A DNA stretch of 64,000 nt, taken from NCBI GenBank assembly GCA_002633005.1, contig NMRA01000343.1, positions 248,001 to 312,000 on the forward strand. The letters are read 5' to 3'. The stretch comes from Phoronis australis (taxonomy: Eukaryota > Animalia > Phoronida). Positions 1-13,065 of the stretch are shown piece after piece (position 1 is the stretch's first letter; each line of letters starts with the position of its first letter). Below the pieces are notes generated by a model. That model searched no databases. It was given only the letters and a program-made list of their open reading frames with translations, and was not told where the DNA came from. A program made the position numbers and the translations under genes.

Positions 1-287
1 GTTTGACAAAATTTTGGAAACTTGTGGCTAATCACAATATTATGAGATTAACTGAAATTTCTATATATTAAAAGTGACACACAACATGAAATTTTCTCCC
101 CACAATACATTTAGAAGAGATAACAGCTGATATGACTCAAATTGAACTGTTGACACTGACAGTAGAATCTATGTAGTGAACAAAACAGCTGACAGATGTT
201 ACAACTGCTCCATGTGCTAGTTTGTAGATTCAAATATCTCCCAAGATAACACTTACAAAATGTAAATATTAAGAAATAATCAGTACA

Positions 288-2260
288 CAGTAAAATCTCA
301 CCACTTTTGGACCAAAATAATGGCCAAAATTGCCCTCTACTCATTTTCAAAGATCTAAATCTTACATTGATGTGATTGCCTAGAAGTATAAATTTGGTAT
401 TACCGTAAACGTTCGGGTTAACGCCCTGGGCGGTTAAATTGGCAAACCCAAAAAATCGGGGGTGGGTGGTTAACCAGACATGGGCGCTTAAACGTGAAAC
501 TTCAAAAAATCCAGGGTGGGCGGTTAACCGAACATGGGCGCTTATTACGACAGACAAGCGCCCTGGGCGGTTAATCTTACCTCGTGATCTAAGTACCCAC
601 ACCACACACGTAGTCGTAGGCCTACTCGGATGGCGTAGCACTTTTCAAAGAGCGTTATCGTTACGTCACCACATGACGGGAAAAATTTCATAACAGCGGA
701 TGATCCTAACAAAGGTTATCATGCCCTCAGATTAGTTATTCACCATTAAATTTACAGAATTGCTGAGTAATAGCCCCGTGCCGTCCTGCGGTCTTGTTAT
801 TTAGCCCTGTAGTGCAGAGCGCAGACGACCAGTAACTATTTCATCTTGCTAAAGTGTGCGCGTGCAAGCTTCACGTGTTGCAGAGGTCACAGCAGACATC
901 AGATTTATGGTTACAGTCTCGTACTAGCTGCCAAGTTCATAGTCAGAGTGCAGTTTTAAAATTGGTTGCAATAAAAGTTTGAAAACCTTAATTCAGATGT
1001 TTTTTGTGTTTGGGATGTTTATAGTCAACACTCCGTGACTCAATGACATTTTCAGCGTATGGTTCTGTGGCTTGCTGTTTTATCTCAACTGCCTGGCATT
1101 GCTCACTTGCCGTTGCGCCAAACATGCTCGGCAAAGAAGTAAGCCTAAGACAAGAATCGGGGTTAAGCGGCCGTGTGCCACTCGTCAATCAAGAATAAAA
1201 TTTCGAGCCACGGCATAAATATGTGATAAAACGCTACAAAACAGCGATGTTTCAATTCATAAATGATCACCTTACCAAACCTGGTGGTGGAAAAACATTT
1301 ATTTTTCATGCAAGATGTCCAGATTATCCTATTTATATCACTTGCAATATCGCACTGCGGCACTGTTCGGGCCCGTTGTTAGCGCGCAATGTCTCAGTCG
1401 GCTGACAATCGTGACTTGCAAATGCCGTCAAGTAATATAACGGCCTCTTTCGATATGCATCTCGTTTTTTATGGCCAAAGATAGCGGCGGGATTCAGCAC
1501 GCGCGTAGGGCCTACGTGCGAGTCACCTGTCAATCACATGTTGGTGTCAAGGTAACATGCACTCCAAAGTGTGGGAACTTGCGCGCGTGCACCACTACAA
1601 AGTCACACATCAAAAGAGAATAGCGACAGTCCTAAGTAACAGAAACGGACGTGACTATATACTTTTAACCATTGTCTCATTTCTCTGGCCTGATTTTTTC
1701 GAATATATGTTTTATCAAGTGCACTGCAGAGGAAAACTCAGCGCGGCAGACAAAGTCGCTGAAAGCGGAGATTTTGACGCCGGCGGCATTCTTAAACTTT
1801 GCAATCATGGGAAGAAAATAAAGTGACAAAAACGTTCAAGTATTATATTTTGAAGTGAGTCCATGACCCAAGACAATAAATTGTTACTTGTATAATTGCA
1901 ATTCACATTGCTAAACCACCGTCTCGGAGGCCCGGCGTCGTTACGCTCATTGTGATCATCGATCTTTTTCTAAAAGTCGGGGAATCGCGCGTTTCCTTAG
2001 CACTGGGCGCTAAATCTTCATTCTTTAAAAGTCGGGAATGGGCGCTTAACCGAGAGGTGGGCGCTTAACTGGAAATCTTCAAAATCGCAGGGGGGCGCTT
2101 AACCGAACAGTGGGCGGTTAAATCGAAAATCCACCTAAAGTAGGGGGTGGGCGGTTAACTGAGCATGGGCGTTAACCCAAACGTTTACGGTATTCATTTT
2201 ATATGAAAAACTGAGAAATTTAAAATTTCAGCTGTCAGGCAACAAGGTGATATTTTACCG
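288..2260. mobile_element. Small TIR element (about 185 bp of own sequence) split by a nested insertion at 403-2190
   Basis: Left end CAGTAAAATCTCACC (288-302) and right end GGTGATATTTTACCG (2246-2260) are inverted repeats, 13/15 matched. TA follows the right end; the left flank is CA. Confidence 0.55.
403..2190. mobile_element. Non-autonomous TA-target DNA transposon (Tc1/mariner-pogo-like), 1.8 kb
   Basis: 24-bp TIRs CCGTAAACGTTCGGGTTAACGCCC and GGGCGTTAACCCAAACGTTTACGG (1 mismatch). TA duplication at 401-402 and 2191-2192. Subterminal arrays of TGGGCG(G/C)TTAA at both ends. No transposase ORF. Confidence 0.88.
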
Positions 2261-2727
2261 TACTTAGCCTTTCCACCTATAACACAGATATTAATATTAA
2301 AAAATGCTAACAACAAAGAAAATGAAGCGTGTGAAACATAGAAAGGGATTCAGAAGTGTATGCGACAAAAACACATCAGAAACAAGAAAAGTCAGACATA
2401 ATTATTCACCACTGTCACAAACTCATCTTTCTTCGTGAAAATTATTTAATTTATGCTAAATTTTGAAGCGCATTGTAAGACGCCAATGTTGTGGGTAAAA
2501 ACCCATCCATTACAGTAGTTTGCAAGGTCAACCAAGTCCACCCAAGGATCAGTATTTATGCAGGTAATTATTCCTAATACAAAGAAAACATAAGCCCTTC
2601 ATATCATACCAATGTTGAGTTATCAAACACTGTCCAGCATTGGTTGACCAGTGTATCCAAGATCCAAAATATAATAGCTGACTTCATGAAAAATCTGAAT
2701 GTCTGTGTCCAAACATTAGTTAAGTCT

Positions 2728-2858
2728 CATAGGCGGATCCCGGAGGTTAAGGGTAGTCTAGACCCCTCTTTTTTCCCTTGATTTAAGTCATATCAAATCT
2801 AGAATTTTCAAATTGTTGACTTGGACCCCCCTTTTTAAAAATCCTAGATTCGCCCCTG
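2728..2858. mobile_element. MITE with CATAGGCGGATCC...GATTCGCCCCTG ends
   Basis: Imperfect TIRs. Flanks AGTCT/CGTCT fit a decayed 5-bp TSD. Same end type as 30857-31155. Confidence 0.6.
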
Positions 2859-3360
2859 CGTCTCCTGGCATAAACGTACTATCACTAAAGCGTTAGAACA
2901 TGTATTCCAAATCTCCACAGAGTGCAATGAAGCAATCTTATTTAGTCTATGTATGCCTAAGTCAAAACAAAGTGTACTTGCACATTGTTTATCGGCAGTC
3001 CAGAAATCATTTCCGCAGTAGTTCTGTCAAAATTTGAACTTTTCTACTTTTCGAAGGCCAATTACCTTATTGCAAGTAAAGTAAACCAGACAAAATGATG
3101 TTTTACCACATCTCCACAACAGGTACAAACTATAAGCTAGTAACCTAGTAAAATCTTTAAATCTTTATTTTTGTTAGAGAAATTTGACAAAAAAAATTTT
3201 GCACGTCCACCATACTGTGTGCTTTAAATGCGATAGGTGAGAACATGTAATTTGACTACAAGGCAAACTAAGGAAACCTGATATCCCAGCTAAGAGGTGT
3301 AACTAATTTTTTTAAGCAAAAGATTTAGTACATCACATAGACTCTCTAGCATTGAAGTTA

Positions 3361-3589
3361 CGGTAAAGTCGCGTGATTTTCGGACGGCCCGCCATTTTCG
3401 ACCAAGAATAAATATTTCCGAAATGAGTTTTTCATGGTCCACGAAATTCGTACAAGGTCCAAAAACTGTTTTTCAATGATCCTCGAATTTCGGTCAATGT
3501 CATAAACGTCGGATTTTTGTCCCGCGACTTTCGGACAACGAAAATTTTAGAAACGCTAATTTAGGATCGACGCAACTCCCGTGTCACTA
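3361..3589. mobile_element. Probable left end of a TA-target TIR element, truncated by the gap at 3590
   Basis: Begins TA|CGGTAAAGTCGCGTGATTTTCGGAC, with an internal CGCGACTTTCGGAC echo. CpG-rich relative to its flanks. No right end seen. Confidence 0.35.
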
Positions 3590-6500
3590 NTCTCATGATA
3601 TTACAGGTCGTGATTTTATGCACCAAAAGCAATAATGTCCATCAGTCAAATGGAAAAAGACTACTTCCATGATCGTACACCATGTGAAGTTACTAGTCCG
3701 AGACAGATCAGTTCAAGCTTCACAAATTTAAACACATATTAACGTGTTAACTTGACTTCTAGTTGTCAGGCTACTGGAGTGGACTGTTTCTTCCAGTACC
3801 CTCTATCACCTGAGAGGAAAAGTGCCCGTCTTCTGAGAGTGGAAATTTTATTTGAGGGAAAATCTCCAAGGTCACCCACCCATTCCCCCCTCTGCCGCCA
3901 ACCCTCACTCGGGCAATGCCTCAAGTGGCCAAATCTTAACGTTTTGCAAACGTGATTCTAACCTTAAGGGAATTTTTTTTAATAATTGGATGGCAATTAT
4001 TGGGTGTGATTTTGAAAAATTTCTCACAGGGGAATGGGGCCTGGTCTCCAGCCCCAAATTGAGGACCCTATCTTAGTCCAACAGTTGGTACATCTAATTT
4101 CCCAACAGGCAATATTGAATTGCTTCTTACTGGCTGGTATTTGAACAGCCAGTAACCACAGCTCCTGGAACTTGATGAACAGACTACTTATATCGAGGAT
4201 TATGGAACAGAGATGGATGCTAGTGATAACGCTGTCTACCATTAAACAAAAATTACATCTAGTGCCTGCCATTTTAACTCTGCGGTTTACAAAAAACAAA
4301 TCCATCATTAAAAGTTGCGCCTTTTCTGTATTTGAACAACAAAAATGGGCTAATTACAACAGGATTAAAAAGAAACTCATGCAGTGTGCCCGCTGCTCCC
4401 TAATGTTGACTAGTTCCACTCTTCCTTCTTCAGGCTTCTTAGGCCATAATGGACAATTTCAGATTGAACCTTAGTTCGATTCTTAGTCAACAGAGATTGA
4501 GGTGAACAACCCTAAATTAAACAACTATGGTCGAACCATTGACTTTTGAACCTGACTATGGTCTGGCCCAACGGTGGATTTTGAAAGATAGTGTAGTCAC
4601 AAGGCAATCTTCAGGGTTGTTGCATAATAAACTGTAAGATTTTTTATTAGTATGTGTTATTCCCAAAATAATCAACAAATTGCAGAATAAATGCATCATT
4701 TATTAAACAATGTACGCTCTATGATATGTTCGTCAGCTTATTTGATTCTGAATTTATACAAAATTATGGCCTGAAGAACCAAGCCATAGGTGTTCAGGTG
4801 TTTGCTTCAATGTGCATGTGTTTGTCTCCTTTCCTGCTGACCACTTCTGGTTAGGCCAAAGGCATTAACCAATTATTAGTTTGTGAGATGAAATGGGTCA
4901 ATTAAGGCCAAAAATAGAATACTTGGTTCTGGTCTATTACTTTTAATCAAAAATATGGTCGCTAAGGTGGTATTTTTAGCTGTTCATTTTTTTAAAACAG
5001 AAAATCCACCAAAGACGTGCAAAAATGAAGTGTAATTTTTTCTTTTGCAAGTCGTTGCTCAAGAAATCACAGCATTACAAACCACGCTTACATTCTTATG
5101 TACAGTTCTTCATAAAACAACTGCAATAGAGCGAATTGCCCCCAACCAGTTGAGCGTCCACACCACACACCTTACATCAAATATGTTGCAAACACCAGGA
5201 TTAGACACTCGTATGCATCCAACTGAGCGTTCACATGAGTTATGCTGGGGCAAGTTACCCTACCTTGATAAGATGGGGTAAGTTGTCACATGGGTGTAAT
5301 GTTACACCGACACATTTTAACACACAAGTCGCTAAATCTGGTGACAATTCACTCCAGAAGTAACTTTTAGGGTTACTTGTAGCGTGACTGCCACTGTAAG
5401 AGTACACAGCCCTATTTCTTGAAGACAACGTGCAAACTAGCCACGTGCAGAACACCACAGCGCCCTCTATGGACCATGTTTACCCAGCGGCTGCGCGTCC
5501 ACAAGGCATTTGGTTGACTTTTAGTGAACACTATTGCATGTAAGAGTGTCAATTAGTCATTCCGATTTCTGATGCCAATTAAGTTTTGCTGTTGAAGGAC
5601 TTGAAAAGCAAAGTAACATAAAAAATTTGTAAAGCGGACAGTGAGATTTACAAATCACTCTTCACTTGGCAGAGATGGGTATCTAACAGCCCTATCGTTT
5701 GAAAAATAAGTCAATTATACAATCAATTTCTCTACATTCATGAAAAAGGAGAACTAAATCGTAGATACGACAACTACTTCATGGATTCAAGCCAAACACC
5801 TAATATTCCGTGAAAATTATTGTATTACAATTAACAGAGAAACGGTATCGTAAGAAACACCTGCACCAATCAATACACACAGCATAATGACTTACATGGC
5901 ACTAACTAAGCAGCTAGGATGTATTTTTAGAAATTAGTGGGATGAAATACAAGTTAGAATGTAACAACATTTATGTATTGTCACTAAGGATCAAATATGT
6001 GTTTTATAAATCAATAAAGACCTGTTCACCACAGCAAAACAGCTCTACATGAACAGACAAAGCCACACATGACTTCTGTCACACTAATACATTCAGATCC
6101 ATCCTAGTCAAGGCCGTTTGAGGATAATTACTTGGTTTTTACCTTATTAATCTATGATAATCACCTTGGCACAAACATAAGGGACAAAAATTGATGTTTT
6201 ATGATAAAATGGATCAAGCCTAATCTGAAGCTTGGTAATCAGACTAAAATTGTTTATAGAGTCAGCTTAAGGCAGGAACAAGTGTAACTAACGAGGCAAT
6301 TATCTGACAAGGGTGAAAATTACATCCTACATTTTCAAATATGAATATCAAATCAAATTTGGCAACCTCTTTTTCTGCCCCCTACCATATTACTGTGATG
6401 TGGCCATTAATTTCACATTAAATATCACCTGATGTAGTTTGCTTATAGTGAGTGTGAAAGTATCCAGTGATGTAACATTATCACCACGGGATCATTTATG

Positions 6501-6595
6501 TACTGTGTACACCATAAAACCATTTCAGAGTGACTCAGGTCTTAGCAGCCACAGCCTGAAATGTATGGCCTGTTTCCAGCGTGGCTTAAAATGTC

Positions 6596-6650
6596 AGTGG
6601 TCAGAATGGCTGTCTGGTATTTAGGAGATCCAAGGTTTGATCCCTGTGTT
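6596..6650 (+). repeat. Decayed tRNA-derived (SINE-like) head
   Basis: A-box-like TCAGTGGTCAGA and B-box-like GGTTTGATCCC at tRNA-like spacing; no intact cloverleaf. Weaker relics lie near 9710-9775 and 53760-53810. Confidence 0.35.
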
Positions 6651-9600
6651 GAGACGGGCAAGTTTTTATTAAATTTTGCTTTCCAGTAAGAATGTTCACA
6701 ATAACTTGTGTTGATCATTTAAATCTACGCATTAACGAAATAACACTGTATTGTTCACGTGTCACCATTCCTCGAATCTGGCACAGAGTAGTACAGTAAA
6801 ATCTGACCAATTTTAAGGACATAATATGGCCGACAAGTGAAATTTTATTTTGTTATTTTTCCACAAAACATATGTAGCTTCAAATTAACTGATTTTCCAT
6901 GTTCAAGTTTAGTACCACCGCTACCACCAAAACAAAGATATGGAAAATTAAGCGTATACAAAACAACGTTCGGAGCCCTTAAAAAATTAAAAAGGGCATT
7001 TTTGGCCATTATTTTAATCCAGACTTGCTGAGTTTTCAATGTACATTATGCACAAGTAATGGCATTAGTTACTTACACAGGAGTCTCAACAGAGGTATCA
7101 ATTGTAAAATATATTTTATCTAAAAGTGATTACATGTTTTCCTGGTGCCGCGCAGAAGTGGCACAGGCATAGCAACTGCTCAGGAGAAAACTGCGGCACT
7201 TGTCATGTCTGAGCAGCAAAAATCAAAAACAGGTGCGCATTTTTGCAATTCAGGTGAGAAGCACACTGCTCTGAGATAAAGAATGTTTTTGTTTGTTGAA
7301 ACATCGCCATGCGCACATGTTTTTTCTCACTAAAGTTACATTTAATGGCCAGTAAAGCCGGCCGCTGCCAATTTGCTGCCAAGTTACGAAATGCGCTGTT
7401 AGTAGTCACACGGAAATTGCGTTATTCTGCATCAGTTTCACGATATGGCGATAACGAAAAGACATTTGCTGATCTAGAAGATTTTTCCTCTAATTAATCA
7501 CCAGAACGGGTGCTGTTGCTGAAATTTGACGTACTCACACCAGGAGTCAGGGCACCTCAGAAGTATTAGCTACAGGACATGCAACATAAATTTACAATTT
7601 AAATTTATAGTCGATGATCTGATCTTGGCCAAGGTACAAAACTGTGCTTGAAAAGGCTTTTAGTTTGCTAACAGAAAAGAGGTAAACATTATACCTATTT
7701 ACATATTAATTAATTTGGCATATATTTCCAAGTTTTTGAACTTGATTAACCCTTTGAGATGCAGTAAGGACTTAAAAGTCCTAAGCTGTGCTAATTTGGT
7801 CAAACTGAAATCATACTGAATTAAATCAGGTTAGTGGAGCTGATTGTTCTTATTGAAGCAATCAATGATTTCAGTCCACAGTTTTATTGTGTGTCATCAG
7901 GAATGCTAACTAACTGCATTAAAGAAAACACGCCAAAGAATGGTTTTCAAAGATCCCACAGCATGGAGCTTTTATGGTTGAGGACATTGCAGTGCTCACT
8001 GTTACCATTCCTAGCTATATGTTGACTGCGTGTATTGCCTACTAGTAAGATGGCAGACATTTTTTAAAGAGCAACAACGGAGTAATGATACCCAGCCACA
8101 GTCCTCCTAAGCTTTGACTCCCAGATCGATCGAGGAGATGTAAGCACTCTTACCCTAAAACAGGAAGTCCTGACTATTGTTGTGAGATGGAGACGATGGA
8201 CACAAATTATGATTGTAAAATGTCGCCAAATTGGGACACAATATGGCAAACAACTGACATTTTATTTTCTCGTTGTCTCATGAAAGATATGCAACACCAA
8301 ATTAATACTTCCAGAGAATTGATTCACAAGTCACAGTTTGCCACATCTCAAAATTTTCAAAATGCCAGAGGTAAATCTTAATTGTGATGGCTTTTTAGCA
8401 CTTTTTGCATGATATGTCACATATCTGAGACCCTATTTGTCAGTAATAATGATGAATGTCATGATTGTACAATTTGTTTAAAAAGGAACCATCACAACAC
8501 TCCACGCTTAGCCTAACGGCAAGTCCCATTTGGAGACTTGCCAAAATCCCAGATCGGCACATGAAATCTGAGGTCACCAAAACTGAAAACCCCAGGTAGC
8601 CAAATGAAATCTGAGGTTGCCAATCCAAGGTTGTGTGGTTGTACCGTGCCCCATTGTCAGAATCTTGTATGTACCTCTCGAATTTCTCCCCATATATGTA
8701 AGTACATTCATTCTGTAACTCAATTCCTCCCACTACCAAACGAACATAGGACGCGGACAATTGCATACATTCATGCAGCGTATTTCACCTTATCCGATTT
8801 TTACCAAACAATTCCGCCTTCCGTATGTTAACTTCCTGCTGTAATTTAAGCATGTTTGATGCTTGATGTACTGACTGTTGTGGTGGTAAATGTACTGATT
8901 TCACAAAATAAATGGAACAATTGTGAATCAAACATAATCAAGCTAGGAAAACTTACTAATTTAAAGTTTGGGAGTTTGGGAGTTTTGAAACAAATTTCTG
9001 GGCAATTATTTCCTGACTTTGATACTCGCAGAGGTGACTTTGTGACTTCTTGAGATTTGTCCCAGGTTACCAAACACAATCTGAGGTTGCATTGGCGACC
9101 TGCAGGTTAACTGTAGTTTAAAGGGCGCAGCTTTTTCTTCATTGGTTTCCAATAATAGCAGCAAAACCCCGATGGCAGATGACCACACAGCCTCTAGGTG
9201 GGCACCAGTCGGACAGAGCGGCCCACGATCCAGACAATCAGAGAATAAGGGCACATTAATCAGTGGATGAAACTGGTTCTCTAAATCAGTATGAGGGATC
9301 ATTATGCGCTATATCCGACCAATGTCATTCATGTGTCCAGGTACAAAATGAAACGTGGATCAGGCAAATGGTATATTTTGAAAAACGTTGCGAGCTGTGA
9401 AGGGATATTTTAGGCAATGACACAAATTTTCTATGGAATCTACAAGACTTACCTAGCTTGCATAAAGCCTCTTTAATTCACTTGGCCTTATGACAATTGC
9501 TGTTTGGCTAAAGGCAACACATAGCCCCTTGGCTGGCTGTATAGGGGCTACAATACTTTCCATCGGTCTTTGTACTCATTTCATTCCTGTGTATCGTATC

Positions 9601-9969
9601 TTAAATGGGAGGTAGTCCAAATGTGACCACCACGTAAGAAGTTCTCACCTTTTGTCAAAAAAACATTTATTTTCACTGCGACGTCCACAGGCAATGTATT
9701 ACCTACTCTTTGGCTGATTAGTTAAAGTACATTAGAGCCTTTACACTTGCCAGGGGTCGTGGCTTCAGTTCCCAAACAGAACCAAGAGAACATTATTTAA
9801 GTGATTTTACAACAAAGAAGGACGTCCTGGTGTGTGAGAGTGATTTCACTGAATACCACCAATAGTTCAATTTTAGAAAAGTACCTAGTAGTACTAGTAG
9901 TTACCTGATAGCAGTATACCGCCACTCAGACAGTTCCGCGTCTCACTGGTGGTCATCACTGAGGCACTC

Positions 9970-10974
9970 CATATGCCGGAGGCTTTTTGTCGAATTATGC
10001 ATCCCACTGAATAAACATCATGCTGGTACATGGATCTTTTAAACATACAACGTCATATCCCCTGCCGCAAGCAGTGTAAAAATGGCCAGTTGCCGATTTG
10101 AACAACTTCACGAAGGACTGCTCGAAAAAAGTTTGACCATCGGAGCCAAGGAGTATTTGTTTGAGCTGGGAAGAGTTAAAGACATCTACAACCTCTTAAG
10201 GTGACCCTCTATGTGTGCAAAAGGTATATCTACATGGCAACATGACTTTGATGGTTCAATTCAAGTGTGGAGCATAATTTACAGATAAGCTTCCGGCGAT
10301 TGGAAGGCCTATGGCGTATGGAATGGCCACTGCCTCTACTGAAGCCAGTTGAGATGGTGGTAGCAAAATGTCTATAACTGCCACCACGTCCAGGACAGCA
10401 ACGAGCTAGACAGTGGCCACTGTCTCTACCTGGCACCAGTAGAGACGGTGAGGCTTTTCGGCGAATTATGCCTCACATTGATTAAAACATCACAGTCATG
10501 TTGTTATAAGTATCTTGTCCGCAAAGAGGGACACCTTAGGAAGCCGTCAATGTCTTCCCTCTTGAACAATATTCCCACAATCAAACTTTTTCTTTGAGCA
10601 GTTCATCGGTCAGTAGCCCAAATCGGCAACTCCATGGCCATTTTTACACTACACGCATGCACTTGTTTTTACTGCGCCCACCAGGAGTGTGCTTAGTATT
10701 AAAAATGGCCACTTTCAGATTTGGGCAACTGAACAAAGGACTGCTTGAAGAAAAAGTTTGACTACAGGAGTATTGGCTAGAGTAGGAAGGAATTAAAGAC
10801 ATCGACGGCCTTCTATGAATCCCTCTATATGCGAAAAAGGTACAATTAAAGTTTATTATAAAGCGATTTTGATGTTGTAATCAGTGTGAGGCATAATTTA
10901 CCAAAAAGGTTCTGGCATATGAAGCTCCAACAGGAGGCTCACCTACTGGTCCGGCTAGCGACGTCACTGTCTAG
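9970..10974. repeat. Cluster of an approximately 270-300 bp interspersed repeat (family A) in alternating orientation
   Basis: Copies at about 9970-10020 (-, partial), 10073-10375 (+), 10406-10651 (-) and 10700-10974 (+). Shared blocks: AAAAATGGCC, AAGGACTGCT, GGAGTATT, CCCTCTAT, GCATAATTT, CACTGTCTAG. Another copy is at 37350-37590. Confidence 0.8.
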
Positions 10975-11179
10975 CAATGAACAAGAGGTTGAATTCAAAC
11001 AAAGTGGTCCCTCAGACGCATCACATTTTAACAGTGTTATTCGGTGCCAGTGGATGAAACTGGTTCTCCAAATCAGGGACCGCTGTATTCGACCAGTACC
11101 GATAGAAAAGAAGAACCACAGGATTATCAGTGATTATAGTTTCATCACTGGGCGAAATGTGCCGGATATATTTACCTAC

Positions 11180-11335
11180 CTTGATCATATCAAATCGGGA
11201 TTGATCGTTCGACTTCGTCCACACTTTCATACCGTGTTTGTTATAAACCTGATTCCAGCCTTCAGAACTTTCGCTCAATGTGATCAGCTTGAAAAAGTCG
11301 GCATCCTCTGCCTCTTTCACTACGCCGACTTGCAT
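11180..11335 (-). CDS. STARD10: First coding exon of a STARD10/PCTP-like START-domain lipid transfer protein; later exons not found in the window
   Basis: MQVGVVKEAEDADFFKLITLSESSEGWNQVYNKHGMKVWTKSNDQSRFDMIK resembles the STARD10 N-terminus as I recall it (D.DF...GW...Y...GV.VW......IK). Ends at a phase-0 donor AAG|GTAGGT. 52 codons. Confidence 0.82.
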
Positions 11336-11499
11336 CGCACCCCCCTGAAATGTTGTTTTTCTACTCAGATTTTTTTTAATGATCAACACGCGAACAACGT
11401 CTGCAAATCCCAACTCGTCCGCATCAGTCTACAAACTGGTCTCCAGTCGCATTCCCGACAACAATACAATTTCATAACCAGTTAAGTGTAAAGTTCACA

Positions 11500-11560
11500 A
11501 CAGACGTCGCAATTATCGCGCTCGTGAGTAGTGACGTAAAACGCCCACTTACCACCTGCC
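11500..11560 (-). promoter_or_regulatory. Probable STARD10-like promoter region
   Basis: CpG-rich patch with CRE-like GTGACGTAA and GACGTC about 200 bp upstream of the ATG. The TSS cannot be determined. Confidence 0.35.
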
Positions 11561-12603
11561 AGTGCTGGTGAACGTCATGTGGTTGAGTGAATACTGTGGA
11601 GCGTCGGATGTACAATTTGAACATTTTATCTTTGTCTTAGTTCTAAGTTTGACTAATGACATTTTCTAATGGTATAACTAAAAACTTGGCCCTTAATGGA
11701 GTCATAATACTTTGGGACTTGGTCCTAAATTTGTTGGGTTGCATGAAAAGATTCTTATAGTGGCGAGAATTCAACGTAGAGTTCACTCTCGATTTCAGTA
11801 TAGAAGTCAAAAATGACTTAGTAACGGGACTCAACATAAGAATGAACAATCAATGGTTTCATAAGTCCACAAATACGCGTCAGATTTAGGGAACTTAGTT
11901 GAATCCCTATTTGGGATTGTTTCATGCAACCCGGCCGGCGGCTCAGGCCGGGAGCGAAGGCCGCCACTGAGTTTATAGCTGCCGTACAGGGGCTTCCACA
12001 CCTGGGAACGATATTTCTGCCAGCGAGAAAAATGAAAAAAAAATGCAAACTAAGAGAAAGTAAAACATATTTATACCTCGTCATCTACCTATTATGTGAA
12101 CTTCTTATCTACCGGAGGCTACGTGGACTGGACCGAATAGTCAGTCTTTTTCACGTCACATAGCATGCAAAGCAGAATCAGAACAAAACTTATATCAGTT
12201 AAAAGTAGTACTCTGAACTGTAGTACAGTGGCAGGAAGGACATGGTGCAATTTATGTTTTCATATTTAACTCGAGCGCCCGACTTACAAGTTTTTGAGAG
12301 CCGTTGAACTTTTAATGATTTTTAAATCAAAAGGGCAACGTTTAGGTAACGCAGGTGGTGAACTATAATTCTTCTGAGTTCCGATCGAATGGAGTCTGAG
12401 CAGCTAGCGACGGCCGCGACCGCGGCAGCAGCGCCAGCGCCAGGGGCAGCAGCGCCAGTGGCAGCAGCATTTCAATAAAAAAGCATTCGAAACCGCACAT
12501 AAAAATAGAGTATCTTAATTTTGGACGTTAGTACATGTAAATGGGTGTGGGTTAAGGGATGAGACCATAGAAATATTTTGGCACTTTTGACGGAGTAGTC
12601 TCA

Positions 12604-12839
12604 GTCGCTTTTACACCCGTGCGTAAATTTAAATCCCGTTCACATGCGCCAGGTGTATCATATATGCCCGCGTGGAAATTTACTTTACACGACCTCTGGA
12701 GGTGATGCAATTATACACCGGACTGTAGCTTTACACCCGAGTTATTTGCGCTTATTTGACAAAACTACATGCCGTCCACAAATATGCCCTCGGGTGTAAA
12801 TATACATTCGGGTGTAAGCACTATCTTGTAAACGGGGAC
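12604..12839. mobile_element. PIF/Harbinger-like MITE
   Basis: Ends GTCGCTTTTACA and TGTAAACGGGGAC. Internal TTACACCCG repeats on the left are mirrored by CGGGTGTAA on the right. Flanks TCA/TTA. Confidence 0.55.
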
Positions 12840-12968
12840 TTATGTGGTGCGTGTTGTTGGAATATGGTAGTTGAAACGCGCTCTCAACCTGAAGAGTTCG
12901 GTCATTGAAACCAACTTTTGATTTGGATCATTTACAGCTCTAAAAATAGTCTCAACTGATTAGTTCCT

Positions 12969-13065
12969 ATGCGCGCACCCACTCTAAAGTATAGGGGGCT
13001 CGAATATTTCGGTGTGCGGACCTTTTAGTGAAAGAAATCAACGAGGACTAAAAAAAACGGGGCCA
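12969..13065. repeat. Interspersed repeat end, shared in inverted orientation with 34800-34897
   Basis: ATGCGCGCACCCA...TATAGGGGGCTCGAAT...GGACCTTTT...GAGGACTAAAAAAAACGGGG matches the reverse complement of 34800-34897. Confidence 0.7.

Noticed and set aside
111-693. ORFs 111-641 (-) and 439-693 (+) with repeated peptide motifs
   Set aside because: They are translations of the transposon's subterminal repeats and have no protein-like features.
9006-11110. Shared peptide DLENQFHPL in two minus-strand ORFs, suggesting duplicated exons
   Set aside because: Explained by two copies of the family B MITE arm.
10886-11485. 199-aa plus-strand ORF
   Set aside because: It is antisense to the STARD10-like exon and runs through repeats; no recognisable domain.
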